64,000 bases of DNA from Acidimicrobiia bacterium. GTDB taxonomy: Bacteria; Actinomycetota; Acidimicrobiia; IMCC26256; PALSA-555. The notes below the pieces were generated by a model. The model saw only the letters and a list, made by a program, of their open reading frames with translations. It made no database searches and was not told the origin of the DNA. This document shows, piece after piece, positions 9,105 through 17,606 of this stretch (its first letter is position 1; every line of letters begins with the position of its first letter). A program made the translations under genes and the position numbers. The DNA is taken from contig DASUAO010000014.1 of assembly GCA_035763745.1 (NCBI GenBank), positions 1,252 to 65,251 of the forward strand, given 5' to 3'.

Positions 9105-10484
9105 CTACGCGGGGCTCGCGCCGGCGACCGCGAGGAACCGCTGGTAGCGCGCTTCCGTCGGCCCCGTCCACGCCGCGTCGGCTTCGACGGTGCGTCCGAT
9201 GCGAGCCCAGCGCCGTCCCTCGGTCATCGCCATCGGTTCCTCGAGTCCCGCGGCGATCCGCGCCAACCACGCCGAGCCCAGGGCGCCGCCCTCGGGCACC
9301 GCCACGCACTCGATCGGGACCTGCGTCGCATCGGCGACCGCGTGCAGCCATTCGTCGACCCGGTTGCCCCCACCACTCACGACCAGGCGGCGCGGTGCGA
9401 AGTCGGTGTGCGCCCCGACGGTGTCGATCACGCGCCGGACCACGAAGCCCGACGCCTCGAACGCGGCGCGCCGGACCGCGGCCGCGTCGTGCGTCAAGTC
9501 CAGGTCGACGAGCGACGCCCGCCGGTCCGGGTCGTGGAACGGCGTGCGCTCCCCCCTCGGATACGGCGCCCAGACCGGAACCCGGCCCGGCTCCGGCGGG
9601 GCCGTGGCGTCACCGAGCAGCCCCGCCGCCCAGTTGCAGAACAGGCCGCCCGCATTCGACGGTCCGCCCACCATGAGCTTCCCGGCCGCGGTGTGCGGGA
9701 TCGTCCAGAACCCGGGGACGCTGACCTCCGAGCCGTCGTCGGGTGCGTCGACGACCGCCCACACGATGAGGGTGGTGCCCAGGATGACGAACACATCGCC
9801 CGCGTGGTCGGCGCCGGCGACCAGCTGCTCCGCGAGCGCGTCCACGCACCCTGACGCCAGGGGCGGGCCGTCGCCGTCGATGCGCCCTGCCTCCCATCCG
9901 GTCGGCACGAGGCGAGGGAACTGCTCGACGCGGGCTCCCGCTTCGGCGGCGACCGCCGGGTCCCAGGCCGTCCAGTCGAACAGCGGATGGGTGGACGCGG
10001 CGGTGGCCGTGTCGAGCACGCCTTCGCCGCAGAGCGCGTGGTTCGCGACCGCCTGCGCCGGCCAGTAGCCGGCCGCGTCGGGTGCCTCCGCCGCGCACCA
10101 GCGCAAGAACCCGAGGAGCTCCCCGCTCTCGGCGGGACTGCCGTCGGCGCGCTCACGCCCGCCGCCCGCGCGGCCGCGCTCGTCCCCGTAGAGCAAGCCG
10201 GGGGTCACGGGGATCCCGTCGGCGTCGACGGCAACGAGCGACGGCACCATGGCGGCGACGCTCACGCCGAGCACGTCCAGGTCCGTGGAGACCACGGCGT
10301 AGGCCTCGCGCGGCCCGCGCCGCCATGCGATCTCGGCGTCGTGCTGGAACCGCCCCGGGCTCGGAACCCCGACGTCGTGGGGGACGCGCGCGGTGGCGAC
10401 GACGTTGCCGTCGTGGTCGGCGGCGACCGCCTTGACCGAGGAGGTGCCGATGTCGAGCCCGACCGTCACCTCGGTGCGGCTCAC
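9105..10484 (-). CDS. FGGY-family carbohydrate kinase (xylulokinase-like)
   Basis: In-frame GTG inside track ORF 9105..10892, overlapping the upstream stop as GTGA. VSRTEVTVGLDIGTSSVKAVAAD... N-terminal actin-fold motif, later GTTLIVWAV and LVVSGGGNRVDEWLHAVADATQVPI. Confidence 0.8.
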   Translation of the reverse strand: MSRTEVTVGLDIGTSSVKAVAADHDGNVVATARVPHDVGVPSPGRFQHDAEIAWRRGPREAYAVVSTDLDVLGVSVAAMVPSLVAVDADGIPVTPGLLYGDERGRAGGGRERADGSPAESGELLGFLRWCAAEAPDAAGYWPAQAVANHALCGEGVLDTATAASTHPLFDWTAWDPAVAAEAGARVEQFPRLVPTGWEAGRIDGDGPPLASGCVDALAEQLVAGADHAGDVFVILGTTLIVWAVVDAPDDGSEVSVPGFWTIPHTAAGKLMVGGPSNAGGLFCNWAAGLLGDATAPPEPGRVPVWAPYPRGERTPFHDPDRRASLVDLDLTHDAAAVRRAAFEASGFVVRRVIDTVGAHTDFAPRRLVVSGGGNRVDEWLHAVADATQVPIECVAVPEGGALGSAWLARIAAGLEEPMAMTEGRRWARIGRTVEADAAWTGPTEARYQRFLAVAGASPA

Positions 10485-11305
10485 CGGTCGCCCTCGGTCT
10501 TCGCGAGGAGCGCGAGCACCTCGTCGTGGAGGTGGGCGTTGGTCGTGACGCAGCCTCCGGGGCCCACCGGCGGCCCACCCGCGCGCGACGAGCACCGGCC
10601 GCCTGCCTCTTCGATGATCGGCCGCAACGCGGCGACGTCCCAGTACGCGAGCTCGGGTTCGATCATGATCTCGGCGGCACCCTCGGCGACGAGCATGTGA
10701 CCCCAGAAGTCGCCGTAGGCCCTGGACCGCCACGCACTCCGAGTGAGCTCGAGGACGCGCGCATCGAGGCCCTCCGGCTCCCAGTCCCGCACGTTGTCGA
10801 AGCACACCTGCGCATCCCCGACGGCGTGGATCTCGGAGACGTGGATCGGGTCGCCATCGGCGAACGCCCCACCCCCGCGGGCGCCCCACCACCGGCGTCC
10901 GAGGGCCGGGGCCGACACGACACCGACCACCGGCTCACCGGCGACCTCGAGCGCGAGGAGCGTTGCCCACACGGGGACGCCGCGCACGTAGCTCTTGGTC
11001 CCGTCGATCGGGTCGACGATCCATCGGCGCTCGGCCGTCCCCGAAGTCCCGAGCTCCTCGCCGAGGATCGCATCGTCCGGCCGCTCCGCCGCCAGGCGGT
11101 CCCGGATCATCTCCTCGACCGTCCGGTCGGCCTCGCTCACCGGGGTCAGGTCCGGCTTCGTCTCGACCCGGAGGTCGTGCGCGCGGAAGCGGTCCGTGGT
11201 GATCGCGTCCGCGGCGTCGCAGAGCGTGTGCGCGAGCGCGAGATCAGAGGTCAGGTCGTCGCCGATGCCGGGAATGTAGTGCGTCAGCGTTCGACGGCCG
11301 TGCAG
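10481..11305 (-). CDS. inositol monophosphatase / histidinol-phosphatase (HisN-like) family protein; start codon uncertain
   Basis: Track ORF 10481..11140 starts at a GTG inside the conserved ETKPDLTPVSEADRTVEEMIRDRL block. The frame stays open to 11377 and encodes the conserved N-terminal helix DDLTSDLALAHTLCDAADAITTDRFRAHDLRVETKPD. There is no ATG/GTG/TTG in that stretch; candidates are CTG 11305 (GGAGG 10 nt upstream), CTG 11287, ATT 11275 and ATC 11266. Core motifs WIVDPIDGTKSYVRG and WDVAALRPIIEEAGG. Confidence 0.7.
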   Translation of the reverse strand: MHGRRTLTHYIPGIGDDLTSDLALAHTLCDAADAITTDRFRAHDLRVETKPDLTPVSEADRTVEEMIRDRLAAERPDDAILGEELGTSGTAERRWIVDPIDGTKSYVRGVPVWATLLALEVAGEPVVGVVSAPALGRRWWGARGGGAFADGDPIHVSEIHAVGDAQVCFDNVRDWEPEGLDARVLELTRSAWRSRAYGDFWGHMLVAEGAAEIMIEPELAYWDVAALRPIIEEAGGRCSSRAGGPPVGPGGCVTTNAHLHDEVLALLAKTEGDR

Positions 11306-11357
11306 AACGTGAACGCCTCCGCGGACGGACCGTCGCGGCGGGTGACCGAAGATCCGG

Positions 11358-12539
11358 TCAACGCTTCGGCACCTCGATCACGGTCGCCGAGCCCATGCCG
11401 CCACCGGCACACATCGTGGCGACCCCGATCCCACCGCCGCGCCGACGCAGCTCGTGCGCGAGCGTCGTGATCATGCGAGCACCGGTTGCCGCGACCGGGT
11501 GCCCGAGTGAGCAACCGCTGCCGCTCACGTTCACGATCTCGTGGTCGAACCCGAGGATCCGACTCGAAGCGACGGCCATCGAGGCGAACGCCTCGTTGAT
11601 CTCGACCAGGTCGACGTCGTCGACGGCCAGACCGGCGCGCGCGAGCGCCTTCGGGACCGCGACCGTCGGCCCCAGCCCGGTGTCGGCCGGAGGCACACCC
11701 GCGGAGGCCCAGGACCGGACGATCGCGAGCGGCTCGTGGCCGTGCTGCTCTGCGTACTCGGCGTCGCAGAGCACCATCGCACACGCGCCGTCGTTGAGGC
11801 CCGAGGAGTTCCCGGCCGTGATCGAGAACCCGGGGATCTCAGGGTGCAGCGGCGGGAGCGCGGCGAGCTTCTCGAGGCTCGAGTCGCGGCGGGGATGCTC
11901 GTCGGTGTCGAAGATCCGCGTCTCACCCTTCCCGACCGGCACCTCCACGGCGAAGATCTCCTCGGCCAGACGCCCGTCGTCGATCGCGGCGATCGCGCGC
12001 CGGTGCGACTCGTACGCCCAGTAGTCCATGTCCTCGCGGCTCACGTCGGCCTTCCGCGCGGTGTTCCAGCCGACAGTGATCGACATGTCCATGGTCGGGG
12101 CGTCGGGCGTCTCGGGGTGGCTCGGCGACAGCCACTGCTGCACGCCGCTGTAGGCACCGGGGAGCTTCTTGAGCACCTGCGGCGACTGGCTGATCGACTC
12201 CGTCCCGCCCGCGATGACGACGCGGTCCATGCCCGCACGGATGCTGCCGGCCGCGGTCTGCACCGCCGCCATGCCCGACGCGCAGTGACGGTTGTGCGCG
12301 ACCCCCGGCACCTCGATGAGGCCGAGCTCGATCGCGACGTACCGGGCGATGTCGCCACCACCCTGGAGCACCTCGCCGAGCACCAGGTCGTCGACGTCCT
12401 CGGTCGCGACGCCCGATCGCTTCAGGGCGGACTCGACGGCCAGACGGCCCAGGTCGAAGGCGCTGAACCCGACGAGGGAGCCGCGCCGGGCGGTCCCGAT
12501 CGGCGTGCGCGCCGCGGCGACGATGACGGCTTCACCCAT
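11358..12539 (-). CDS. acetyl-CoA C-acyltransferase (thiolase)
   Basis: M24 of track ORF 11358..12608: MGEAVIVAAARTPIGTARRGSL...NRHCASGMAAV (active-site Cys)...NEAFASMAV...GSGCSLGHPVAATGARM...CAGGGMGSATVIE. Confidence 0.92.
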   Translation of the reverse strand: MGEAVIVAAARTPIGTARRGSLVGFSAFDLGRLAVESALKRSGVATEDVDDLVLGEVLQGGGDIARYVAIELGLIEVPGVAHNRHCASGMAAVQTAAGSIRAGMDRVVIAGGTESISQSPQVLKKLPGAYSGVQQWLSPSHPETPDAPTMDMSITVGWNTARKADVSREDMDYWAYESHRRAIAAIDDGRLAEEIFAVEVPVGKGETRIFDTDEHPRRDSSLEKLAALPPLHPEIPGFSITAGNSSGLNDGACAMVLCDAEYAEQHGHEPLAIVRSWASAGVPPADTGLGPTVAVPKALARAGLAVDDVDLVEINEAFASMAVASSRILGFDHEIVNVSGSGCSLGHPVAATGARMITTLAHELRRRGGGIGVATMCAGGGMGSATVIEVPKR

Positions 12540-12617
12540 GACGTGGGCTCCTCGCTCGGAGTGGGTTCGATCCGCAGAGCGGCGTTCGACGGCGCTCCAC
12601 GACGGCACGGAGCCTAT

Positions 12618-12633
12618 CTGACACTGCTGTCAG
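12618..12633. promoter_or_regulatory. 16-bp palindrome CTGACActgcTGTCAG (candidate operator)
   Basis: Perfect inverted repeat in the divergent thiolase/ligase intergenic region, 32 nt upstream of the ligase GTG at 12665. Member of the recurrent CTGACR-N4-YGTCAG family. Confidence 0.6.
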
Positions 12634-12664
12634 GTCGATCGGTGCTCGCGCTAGGTTCGCACCC

Positions 12665-14182
12665 GTGCCGGAGTGGGGGGACCTCCAGGAGGACCAGCTG
12701 CGCTTCATGGCGCGGACCATCCCCGACGAGCTCGCGTACCGGAACCTCGACGCGGGAACCTCGCTCACCTTCGCCGAGTGGGACGCCGAGTCCAACCGCC
12801 TCGCCCGCGGGCTCATCGGGCTCGGCGTCGAGCAGGGCGATCGCGTGTCGATCTTCCTGCCCGCCGAGGAGGTGCTCCGCTGGATCGTCGCGTACGCCGC
12901 GGTGCACAAGGCGGGCGCGGTCGCGGTCCCGACGAACACGCGGCTGTCGAACCCCGAGCTGGTGTCGATCCTCGGGCACGCCGAGATCGTGGTGTCGCTC
13001 ACCTGCGAGGACCTGCTACCGACCGCGATCGCGATCCAGCCCGAGATCCCGAGCTTCCGCACGATCGTGAGCAGCGGCACGTGGGACGAGGTCCTCGACG
13101 ACGACGCATCCGACATCCAGGTGCCGGTCGCGCTCACGGATCTGGCCGATGTCATGTACACGTCGGGCACGACCGGGCTCCCGAAGGGCATCGCCGTCCG
13201 CCACGACAACGCCGCGATGATCCCCAACCACGAGCCCCTCTGGACGGGCGGTGGCTGGCTCCACGGCGCGCCGTTGTTCACGTTCGCCGGGATCGCGTTC
13301 ATCTACAACCCCATGAAGATGGGCCTCACCGCGCTCTACCACCCGAAGTTCGACGCCGGCCGGTGGCTCCGCTACGTCGAGACGGAACGCCCGACCCACA
13401 CCCTGCTCGTCCCCGCGTTCGCCGAGCTGATCGTCGCCCACCCCGACTTCGCGACCGCCGACCTGTCGAGCCTCGTGCAGGTGTCGATCGGGAGCGCACC
13501 CATCGCGCCGAAGACCCACCAGATCCTCATCGAGCGACTCCCCCACGCGAACGTCGGAAACTCGTTCGGGATGAGCGAGGCCGGCCCGGCGTACATCGTG
13601 ATGCCACCCGAGGAGATCCCGAAGCGCATCGGCTCCGTGGGCAAGCCCATCGGTCCCATGGAGATCCGCGTCGTCGACGACCACGACGACGACCTGCCCG
13701 CTCGCGAGGTCGGCGAGCTGCTCATGCGCATGCAGGGCAAGCAGCGCGAGTACTACAAGGACGACGCCGCCACCGCGAGCACCTGGACGCCGGACGGCTG
13801 GCTGCGCACCGGCGACCTCGCGTACCTCGACGAGGACGGCTACCTCTACATCTGCGGTCGCAAGAAGGACATGATCATCCGCGGCGGGAACAACATCTAC
13901 GCCACCGACGTCGAGGCGGTGCTGCTCGAGCATCCCGACGTCCAGGAAGCGGCTGTCGTCGGCGTCCCGCACACCGTCCTGGGCGAGGACGTCGGCGCGT
14001 GGGTCGTGTGCAAGCCCGGCACGAGCCTCGACGCCGCGACGCTCGACGCCTTCTGTGCCGAACGGCTCGCCGACTACAAGCGCCCCCGGGTCGTGCACTT
14101 CACCGACGAGCTGCCCCGCAACGCGGTCGGCAAGGTGCTCAAGCACCGCCTGCGCGACGACGCGACTACATTCCGGACCTGA
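12665..14182 (+). CDS. AMP-dependent acyl-CoA synthetase/ligase
   Basis: 505-aa track ORF (GTG start). YTSGTTGLPKG, GDLAYLDEDGYLYICGRKKDMIIRGGNNIY, YKRPRVVHFTDELPRNAVGKVLK. Confidence 0.9.
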   Translation: MPEWGDLQEDQLRFMARTIPDELAYRNLDAGTSLTFAEWDAESNRLARGLIGLGVEQGDRVSIFLPAEEVLRWIVAYAAVHKAGAVAVPTNTRLSNPELVSILGHAEIVVSLTCEDLLPTAIAIQPEIPSFRTIVSSGTWDEVLDDDASDIQVPVALTDLADVMYTSGTTGLPKGIAVRHDNAAMIPNHEPLWTGGGWLHGAPLFTFAGIAFIYNPMKMGLTALYHPKFDAGRWLRYVETERPTHTLLVPAFAELIVAHPDFATADLSSLVQVSIGSAPIAPKTHQILIERLPHANVGNSFGMSEAGPAYIVMPPEEIPKRIGSVGKPIGPMEIRVVDDHDDDLPAREVGELLMRMQGKQREYYKDDAATASTWTPDGWLRTGDLAYLDEDGYLYICGRKKDMIIRGGNNIYATDVEAVLLEHPDVQEAAVVGVPHTVLGEDVGAWVVCKPGTSLDAATLDAFCAERLADYKRPRVVHFTDELPRNAVGKVLKHRLRDDATTFRT

Positions 14183-14194
14183 CGTCACCGTCAG
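14179..14194. promoter_or_regulatory. 16-bp palindrome CTGACGtcacCGTCAG (candidate operator)
   Basis: Perfect inverted repeat overlapping the TGA of the ligase 12665..14182, 32 nt upstream of the GTG at 14226. Confidence 0.55.
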
Positions 14195-14225
14195 CAACCC
14201 CGCGACGACGAAGGAGCACGCGCCC

Positions 14226-14681
14226 GTGGCACTCACCGAGCTCAAGGGTCAGAGCACCGGCACCCAGAGGGTCGTGATCGAGCGCGGCCCGGTGAAGGTG
14301 TTCGCCGAGGCACTCCTGGACGACGACCCCGCGTATCGGGGCGACACGGCACCGGTCCCCCCCACCTTCCCGTTCGTCATGTCCTACTGGGGGTCGATGG
14401 GCGAGGGCGGCGCGGCCGGGCTGCCGATCGACAAGCTCCGCGGCCCGGGTCGGGCGATCCTCCACGGGGAGCAGGCCTTCGAGTACTACCGCTGGCCGAA
14501 GGTCGGTGACGTGCTCGAGGGCACGGGCACGATCAGCGACGTCTACGAGAAGGAGAAGTCGAGCGGCGGCAAGCTCGAGTTCTACGTCACCGAGACGGAC
14601 TGGAAGGACGCCACGACCGGGGAGCCGGTGTGCAAGGCGATCTTCACCCTCGCGATCAACGTCCGCCCGCCGAAGGAGTAG
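14226..14681 (+). CDS. MaoC/FAS1-like hotdog dehydratase N-terminal-type protein
   Basis: In-frame GTG of track ORF 14055..14681, with GAAGGAG 11 nt upstream. VALTELKGQSTGTQRVVIERGPVKVFAEALLDDDPAYRG...PPTFPFVMSYWG...ILHGEQAFEYYRWPKVGDVLEG. Confidence 0.7.
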   Translation: MALTELKGQSTGTQRVVIERGPVKVFAEALLDDDPAYRGDTAPVPPTFPFVMSYWGSMGEGGAAGLPIDKLRGPGRAILHGEQAFEYYRWPKVGDVLEGTGTISDVYEKEKSSGGKLEFYVTETDWKDATTGEPVCKAIFTLAINVRPPKE

Positions 14682-14688
14682 CGCCCCG

Positions 14689-15153
14689 ATGGGGGCCGCC
14701 TACAACCACCTCGGCCAGTGCGTCACCGACCTCGACCGCTCGCGGCGCTTCTACGTCGAGGTCCTCGACTTCGCGGTCGAACGGGAGATCCAACCACCCG
14801 ACGACCTCTCCGCGAAGCTGCTCCGCCTCTCCGCACCGCTCGGGATGACGGCCTGCTACCTGCGACGCGACGGTCTCGTGCTCGAGCTGCTGCACTTCTC
14901 CGGCGAGGGCGGGGCCCCGCGGCCCTTCGTCGAGCGCACCATGAACGATCCGGGCCTCACGCACCTCTCCTTCAGCGTCGACGACGTCGCGGCGACGTGT
15001 GCGCTCGTCGTCGCGCACGGGGGCAGCGTGCTCGACGACACCGACATCGGTGCCGGGATCTTCGTGCGCGACCCCGACGGGCAGCTCATCGAGCTGCTGC
15101 CGATGAGCTATCGGCAGCACCTCGACGCGGCGGCCGGGGCCGCGGGATCCTGA
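14689..15153 (+). CDS. VOC (glyoxalase/bleomycin-resistance/dioxygenase) family protein
   Basis: In-frame ATG of track ORF 14506..15153, with GAAGGAG upstream. MGAAYNHLGQCVTDLDRSRRFYVEVLDF...GLTHLSFSVDDV...IFVRDPDGQLIELL. Confidence 0.8.
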   Translation: MGAAYNHLGQCVTDLDRSRRFYVEVLDFAVEREIQPPDDLSAKLLRLSAPLGMTACYLRRDGLVLELLHFSGEGGAPRPFVERTMNDPGLTHLSFSVDDVAATCALVVAHGGSVLDDTDIGAGIFVRDPDGQLIELLPMSYRQHLDAAAGAAGS

Positions 15154-15161
15154 CCGATCCC

Positions 15162-16709
15162 GTGGACGCGCTCCACACCCTCACGCTCGGAGACGTGCTG
15201 CGCGAGCACCGGCGGAGCCGCCCCGCTCGCCTCGCCACGGTCGACGGCGAGGTCCGCCATACGTTCCCCGAGCTCGACGCCCGGGTGAACCGCGTCGCCC
15301 ACGCGCTCCTCGGTGCCGGGGTGCACGCCGGTGACCGCGTGCTCTGGCTCGGACAGAACTCCGCACGCGTCCTCGAGCTGCTCCTCGCCGCTGCGAAGGT
15401 CGGCGCGATGTTCTGTCCGGCCAACTGGCGTCAGACGGCCGACGAGCTGGCCTTCGTCGTGCACGACCTCGACCCGTCGGTCGTGGTCTGGCAGGAGACG
15501 GAGATCGGCGACGCGGTACGCGGCGCACGCGCCGTGGGCTCCGCCGACGCGCACTGGATCCGCCACGACGACGACGCGGCCGGTGACGACTCCTACGAGG
15601 CCTTCCTCGCGACCGGATCCGCCGAGGATCCGGCCATCGAGGTCGACCCGGCCGACGCGCTGCTCCTGATCTACACGGCCGCGTTCGGCGGGCGCCCGAA
15701 CGCGGCGATGCTCTCGCACACGGCGTGCTTCAGCCAGGGGCTCGTCTACGGGCACGTCACCGGCACGAGTGGCGACGACGTGTACCTCAACAGCGGACCG
15801 CTCTTCCATCTCGGGACCTGGATGCACACCCTCGCAACGTTCGTCGCCGGCGGCACCAACGTGTTCGTCCCGCGTGTCGACGGCGAGCTGCTGTGCCGGA
15901 CGATCGAACGGGAGCGCTGCACCGGCGCGTTCCTCGTCGGGCCGATCTTCGAGCAGATCCTCGACGCCGACCCCGATGGGCGTCACGACCTCTCGAGCCT
16001 GCGCACTCCCGGCGGCAGCCCCGAATGGAACGCTCGGACCAGCCGCGACACGAGTCCGTGGGCATCGGCACCCGGCGGGTACGGCCAGACCGAGACGGTC
16101 GGGATGATGACCTACAGCTGCTTCGCGCTCGGCGCGACCGGACCCCACGGGCGGACGTCTCCCCTCCTGCAGGTACGCGTCGTCGACGAGGACGGCAACG
16201 ACGCGCCGGTTGGCGAGCCGGGGGAGATCGTCGCCCGAGGTCCGACGGTGATGAACGGCTACTGGAACCGACCGGAGGAGAACGCCGAGCGGGCGCGCGA
16301 CGGGTGGCACCACTCCCGCGATCTCGGCCGTCGTGAAGCCGACGGCTCGATCACCTTCGTCGGCCCGAAGACCCGGATGATCAAGTCGGCGGCGGAGAAC
16401 CTGTATCCGGTCGAGATCGAGCAGTGCATCGCCACCCACGCCGCCGTCGCCGACTGCGCGGTGATCGGTGTTCCCGACGAGCGGTGGGTGCAGAGCGTGA
16501 AGGCGATCGTCGTGCTGGAGCCGGGCGCCGAGGCGTCGGCCGACGAGATCATCGCCCACTGCCGCGAGCGGATCGCCTCGTACAAGAAGCCGCGCACCGT
16601 CGAGTTCGTCGACGCGCTCCCCCGCAACGGGTTCGCGGTCGACTACGACGCTCTCGACGACCGCTTCGGCGGCGGCAACTACCCCGGTGGCCGGACCCGC
16701 AGCGCATGA
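15162..16709 (+). CDS. AMP-dependent acyl-CoA synthetase/ligase
   Basis: In-frame GTG of track ORF 14718..16709, 9 nt after the VOC stop. Divergent AMP-binding motif LLIYTAAFGGRPNAAML, then GYGQTE, WHHSRDLGRREADGSITFVGPKTRMIKSAAENLYP and YKKPRTVEFVDALPRN. Start is approximate. Confidence 0.8.
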   Translation: MDALHTLTLGDVLREHRRSRPARLATVDGEVRHTFPELDARVNRVAHALLGAGVHAGDRVLWLGQNSARVLELLLAAAKVGAMFCPANWRQTADELAFVVHDLDPSVVVWQETEIGDAVRGARAVGSADAHWIRHDDDAAGDDSYEAFLATGSAEDPAIEVDPADALLLIYTAAFGGRPNAAMLSHTACFSQGLVYGHVTGTSGDDVYLNSGPLFHLGTWMHTLATFVAGGTNVFVPRVDGELLCRTIERERCTGAFLVGPIFEQILDADPDGRHDLSSLRTPGGSPEWNARTSRDTSPWASAPGGYGQTETVGMMTYSCFALGATGPHGRTSPLLQVRVVDEDGNDAPVGEPGEIVARGPTVMNGYWNRPEENAERARDGWHHSRDLGRREADGSITFVGPKTRMIKSAAENLYPVEIEQCIATHAAVADCAVIGVPDERWVQSVKAIVVLEPGAEASADEIIAHCRERIASYKKPRTVEFVDALPRNGFAVDYDALDDRFGGGNYPGGRTRSA

Positions 16710-17500
16710 CCCACTTCGCGCACGGTTCCTACCGACGACGGCTCCGGTTCGTCATCACCGAGGCCGACGAAGCCGGCAGTGTCGTCGAAGGCGGGCTCGA
16801 GGACGACTTCCACTACTTCACCGTGCGCCTGGCCCACGACGGCGCCGTCGTGACCGACGTCAGCGCGCATGCGTACCGGTGGCCGTGGACGACGTGTCCC
16901 GCCGCTGCGGAGCCACTCCGGGCCCTCGAGGGTATGGAGCTCTCGCCGCGCTGCCTTGCCGTCGGCGGGGTTGCGAACCCGAAGATGAACTGCACCCACA
17001 TGTTCGACCTCGCCGGACTGTGCGTGGCCCACGCCGCACGCGGCGGTCCGGTCGGGACGATGCGCCAGTACGACGTGGAGATCCCGCACCTCGCGCAGGG
17101 CCACGAGCCCGAGCAGGTGCGTCTCTGGCGTGACGGCGCCCTCGTCCACGAGTGGACCCTCGACGGCCGTTCCTGCATCGCGCCCGAGCCGTTCTCCGAC
17201 GCGCCGTGGAAGGGCGGCTTCTTCCGCTGGGCCGAGCAGCATCTCGACGTCGAGACGGCCGAGTCCGCGATCGTGCTCCGCCGTGCGTGCGACATCGGCA
17301 TGGGGCGCGGCATGGACCTCGACGCCGTCGACCGGGCCGACGAGATGGAGCAGATCATGGCCGGCGTCTGCTTCACGATGCAGCCCGCGCAGATCCGCGT
17401 GGGGTTGCGGCACAAGGAGACGATCCGCGACTTCCACGACGACCTCGACGCCATGCTCGCCCACGGCCCTGCGCCCGGGATCCTCGGGTCGCCGGGGTAG
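16706..17500 (+). CDS. DUF2889-like protein
   Basis: In-frame ATG of track ORF 16424..17500, overlapping the ligase stop as ATGA. MTHFAHGSYRRRLRFVITEAD...GLEDDFHYFTVRLAHDGAVVTDV...CTHMFDLAGL. The DDFHxF block is what I remember for DUF2889. Family call is low-certainty. Confidence 0.6.
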   Translation: MTHFAHGSYRRRLRFVITEADEAGSVVEGGLEDDFHYFTVRLAHDGAVVTDVSAHAYRWPWTTCPAAAEPLRALEGMELSPRCLAVGGVANPKMNCTHMFDLAGLCVAHAARGGPVGTMRQYDVEIPHLAQGHEPEQVRLWRDGALVHEWTLDGRSCIAPEPFSDAPWKGGFFRWAEQHLDVETAESAIVLRRACDIGMGRGMDLDAVDRADEMEQIMAGVCFTMQPAQIRVGLRHKETIRDFHDDLDAMLAHGPAPGILGSPG

Positions 17501-17520
17501 CGAGGGACGCGTCGTGTGAG

Positions 17521-17588
17521 CAAGGCCCCACGGGGCGGCGAAGAGCGACTGGGGTTCGCGGAGCGATGAGCCGTCCCGGGGGGCCTTG
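17521..17588. terminator. long imperfect hairpin in convergent intergenic region
   Basis: CAAGGCCCC(a)CGGGGCGG ... CCGTCCCG(g)GGGGCCTTG: 9 bp plus 8 bp of stem around a 32-nt loop, between the stops at 17500 (+) and 17607 (-). Confidence 0.4.
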
Positions 17589-17606
17589 CCAGGCGAGGCG
17601 CGCTAC

